Made by a program: the position numbers and the translations under genes
From: Camelus dromedarius
Taxonomy: Eukaryota
Assembly: GCF_036321535.1 (NCBI RefSeq)
Contig: NC_087448.1
Span: 4,216,001 to 4,280,000 of the forward strand
Reading direction: 5' to 3'
DNA length: 64,000 bases
Part shown: piece after piece, positions 61,471 to 64,000 of the stretch
Layout of the letters: each line of letters opens with the position of its first letter
How positions within the stretch are numbered: position 1 is the first letter of the stretch
Notes under the pieces: model-generated
Told to the model about the DNA's origin: nothing
Database searches by the model: none
The model's input: only the letters and a program-made list of their open reading frames with translations

Positions 61471-64000
61471 AAATTGCTTCCATTTTTCAGCTCACAGTGA
61501 GAAGAGAGGCAGAAACAGAGAGAGGTAAAAAAGAGAGCAAGTGAGCATGCCTAGCTCATGCTGCATAGTCTGCGTGTGCACACATATAAATATCTTAAGC
61601 CTCCCTTTTGTGCTTGGGAGAGAAAAGAGCGAGCAGCAATCAGCAATTCAGGGACAATCAGACAGATTAAAGCCAACATCTTATGTGTCTCTGAGGAGCC
61701 AGCACCAACATCTTCATTCCGGCTCAGCTACCTTCCACTCTCCGCTGGCTGAGGGAATATATTTTATTAAAAACATTTCTTTTACCTGGAGGTCCTGTCA
61801 ACTAACTAACAAATGAGAAGAGAAGAAACTGAGAGTATTCTTTGTGTGCCAAAAAATAAGCCAGTTAAGAAAATGTTATTTTTCTAATAGGGGGAAAGAG
61901 GAAAGAAATGAGCTTGGATATTCCCCTTGTGAAGTTTGGCAGCACTTCTGTTTCCTTCAGGACCTTCCTTTAGTATTCGAGACAAGTTTGCTCATCAAAA
62001 ATAAACTTTGCACTAAAAATAAGCAATTTGGGTTTTTAAAAAAATCTCTTTTCAAAGATACAGGGAGTCTCTTATTTGAAAACAATTTCATCGCTACAAC
62101 ATTGATCTTTTTTTTTAACTAGATAGCACAAATTTTGTTCATGTATTTTTATTGACAGAGAGTCAGATAGTACAATTTAATCTAATTTGACCCAATGTAT
62201 TCTGATTTTTGCACTACATCTGTCATGGTTTAAAATGCTGGCTGGGTTATCTGTAGATCCATTGAAGTCTAAGCTTTAAATATATATATGTATTTAAATA
62301 TATACATATTTTAACGTTAAGGTGATGCTACTTTGTAGCTGAACTCTCTTTAATATCAACAGGGAACAGGGCAATGAAAGATCTTTTCATATTACTTTTT
62401 AATTTTTTTTTTTTTTATGTTTTATTTATCTCTTGGAATTTTCTTTCAAGTTCCGGACATTAGAATATGGCAATAAATTATCATTTCAAATTTCATTATT
62501 TAACTAGTGTTTACTGCCAGTTGTCAAAGGAATAAACATATAAACATTAAATTCCATTTTCTAAAGATCACAAAGACTTTAAAAATGAGTACTACTTTAT
62601 AAATTGAAAATCTGTGACATTTTCCCCCAATTCTCTAAGCCAAAATTGAATTCTTCGAGAGACAGACAGCTAGCTGGAATTTTCATAAATGTTCTTTCCG
62701 ATGCAAAGTCAGCTTGGCATTACTGGAGGAAAACCTAACACATGTTGCACACCCGAGACTTTTAAGCAACCAATTTAAAGACAGTGGGTGAACACATTGC
62801 CACTGAATTTCAAGACAATTGGGTTTTGGGGGGATTTCTTTTCCCCACTTGCAGACCAGGGGATCCAGCAGTCCTTGCTTCTCCAGCGGGAGTGCCCGCT
62901 ATGTGCCAAGGCAGACAGAAAGCCCACGGAGCGCGCTTTGCTGCAGGCATGAAACTCGGGGCTTACTGACTTCACATCACCTGCCCAGAGCGAAGGAGAA
63001 GCAGGAAGAGGATGTGAATGCAGCCCTACCTGATCCTCAAGACCCTGAGCGTCCTGCTACACTCTGCTGCCTCTTCATCGACTCTGAGTCCAACTGTTGA
63101 GCTGTTTTCTGGCTCTTCCTTCTTCACTTTCAGGTCTTCTCTGTTAGACACGGGCTACTTTTGTTTGGTCAATCTTCTGCCTACCCCTCAATTATAGGAC
63201 TTGAGATGCACATCTTTCTTCCCTTTGGGATGAAGTCTCCTTAGGTTTTATAACTCAGTGAACTGAATTTCCCTCAACTCGTATTGCATTTCTGGAGCAG
63301 AACACATCACACAGGGTTTGGTGATTATCTGCTCAGCACTGGTGTTAGCCGAATCTATTGAACAAAAGAGTAAACCCCTTGAGGTCAAACACAATGACCT
63401 TCCCAACATGGTTCTCCTGTAGTGTCTTCAACACAAACACGTTGCTCCAGTGGCAGTCGGCAGATATCAGCACAATCTCCAAAAATAACCAGGACATCCT
63501 ACGTGTTTACAAGATGTTTCTACATCTAATGCTTAAAAAAAATTCTATCCCTTCGTGCAGAATATGTCATTACACTATCATCACAGATGAATCAGCCAAA
63601 ATAAAAACTCACGTGTGCCTGATCTAAATCCAAGGAATCAATTAATTTTTTAGGAATTCTTGGGAATATGTCTCGTAGACTCAGGATTTGGCCCTTTTCC
63701 CTACTCACCTGAAGGCAAGTGACATCACTGGACACAATGACATCATGATGTCATTTAGTAATGAGGACAATAATAGTATTTATCTTAAGTACTAGAATTT
63801 ATTGTGTCTGTTTTCATCTTGATCAATTACAGCGTGCTGTCCCCTCCAGTGACCCCTCCTTCTCCTGCAGACTGGCCTTCTCCCACATCCCGTGGCCCTG
63901 GGGCCTCCATAAAGTTTCCCTTCATTGATTGTAGTAAAAAATGAACAGATTCTAAAGTGCTTTTGTGTGTGTGGGGGGGGTGCACACGTGTGTGGGTGTA

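Noticed and set aside
63700-63730. Strong minus-strand donor CAG|GTGAGT
   Set aside because: It sits in MIR-like sequence, and no plausible exon or acceptor lies upstream within the window.
1-64000. Conserved miRNA hairpins, snoRNAs, CRISPR arrays or prokaryote-type systems
   Set aside because: A by-eye search for common mature miRNA sequences found only short chance seed matches, and there are no regularly spaced repeat-spacer arrays. The sequence is eukaryotic non-coding DNA. An Infernal/Rfam scan would be needed to exclude less familiar RNA families.

Overview
Mammalian nuclear genomic DNA, most likely camelid: a tRNA-derived Vic-1-like SINE lies at ~53.5 kb, there are cetartiodactyl-type L1 3' ends, and no Alu, B1, Bov-A/tA or PRE1 SINEs are visible. 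I cannot support any protein-coding exon, rRNA, true tRNA or recognisable miRNA here; the supplied ORFs are chance, GC-bias, N-gap or decayed-LINE ORFs. The window is non-coding (intergenic or large intron). It holds one strong CpG-island promoter (~8.7-10.2 kb, gene not identified) and three smaller CpG-rich elements (~28.3-29.3, ~43.7-44.35 and ~61.1-61.5 kb). It also has a textbook CTCF motif (2115-2133), many decayed transposons (L1, L2, MIR, MaLR/ERVL/ERV1 LTRs, Tigger/MER2/MER8 and hAT MITEs, several nested), microsatellites and two assembly gaps. I found no convincing novel biological system. The best second-look items are the possibly bidirectional promoter, candidate non-coding exons, a Z-DNA/G-run-flanked promoter-like element, and small retrotransposition scars. 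Repeat subfamily names come from remembered consensus sequences, and boundaries are approximate unless motif coordinates are given.
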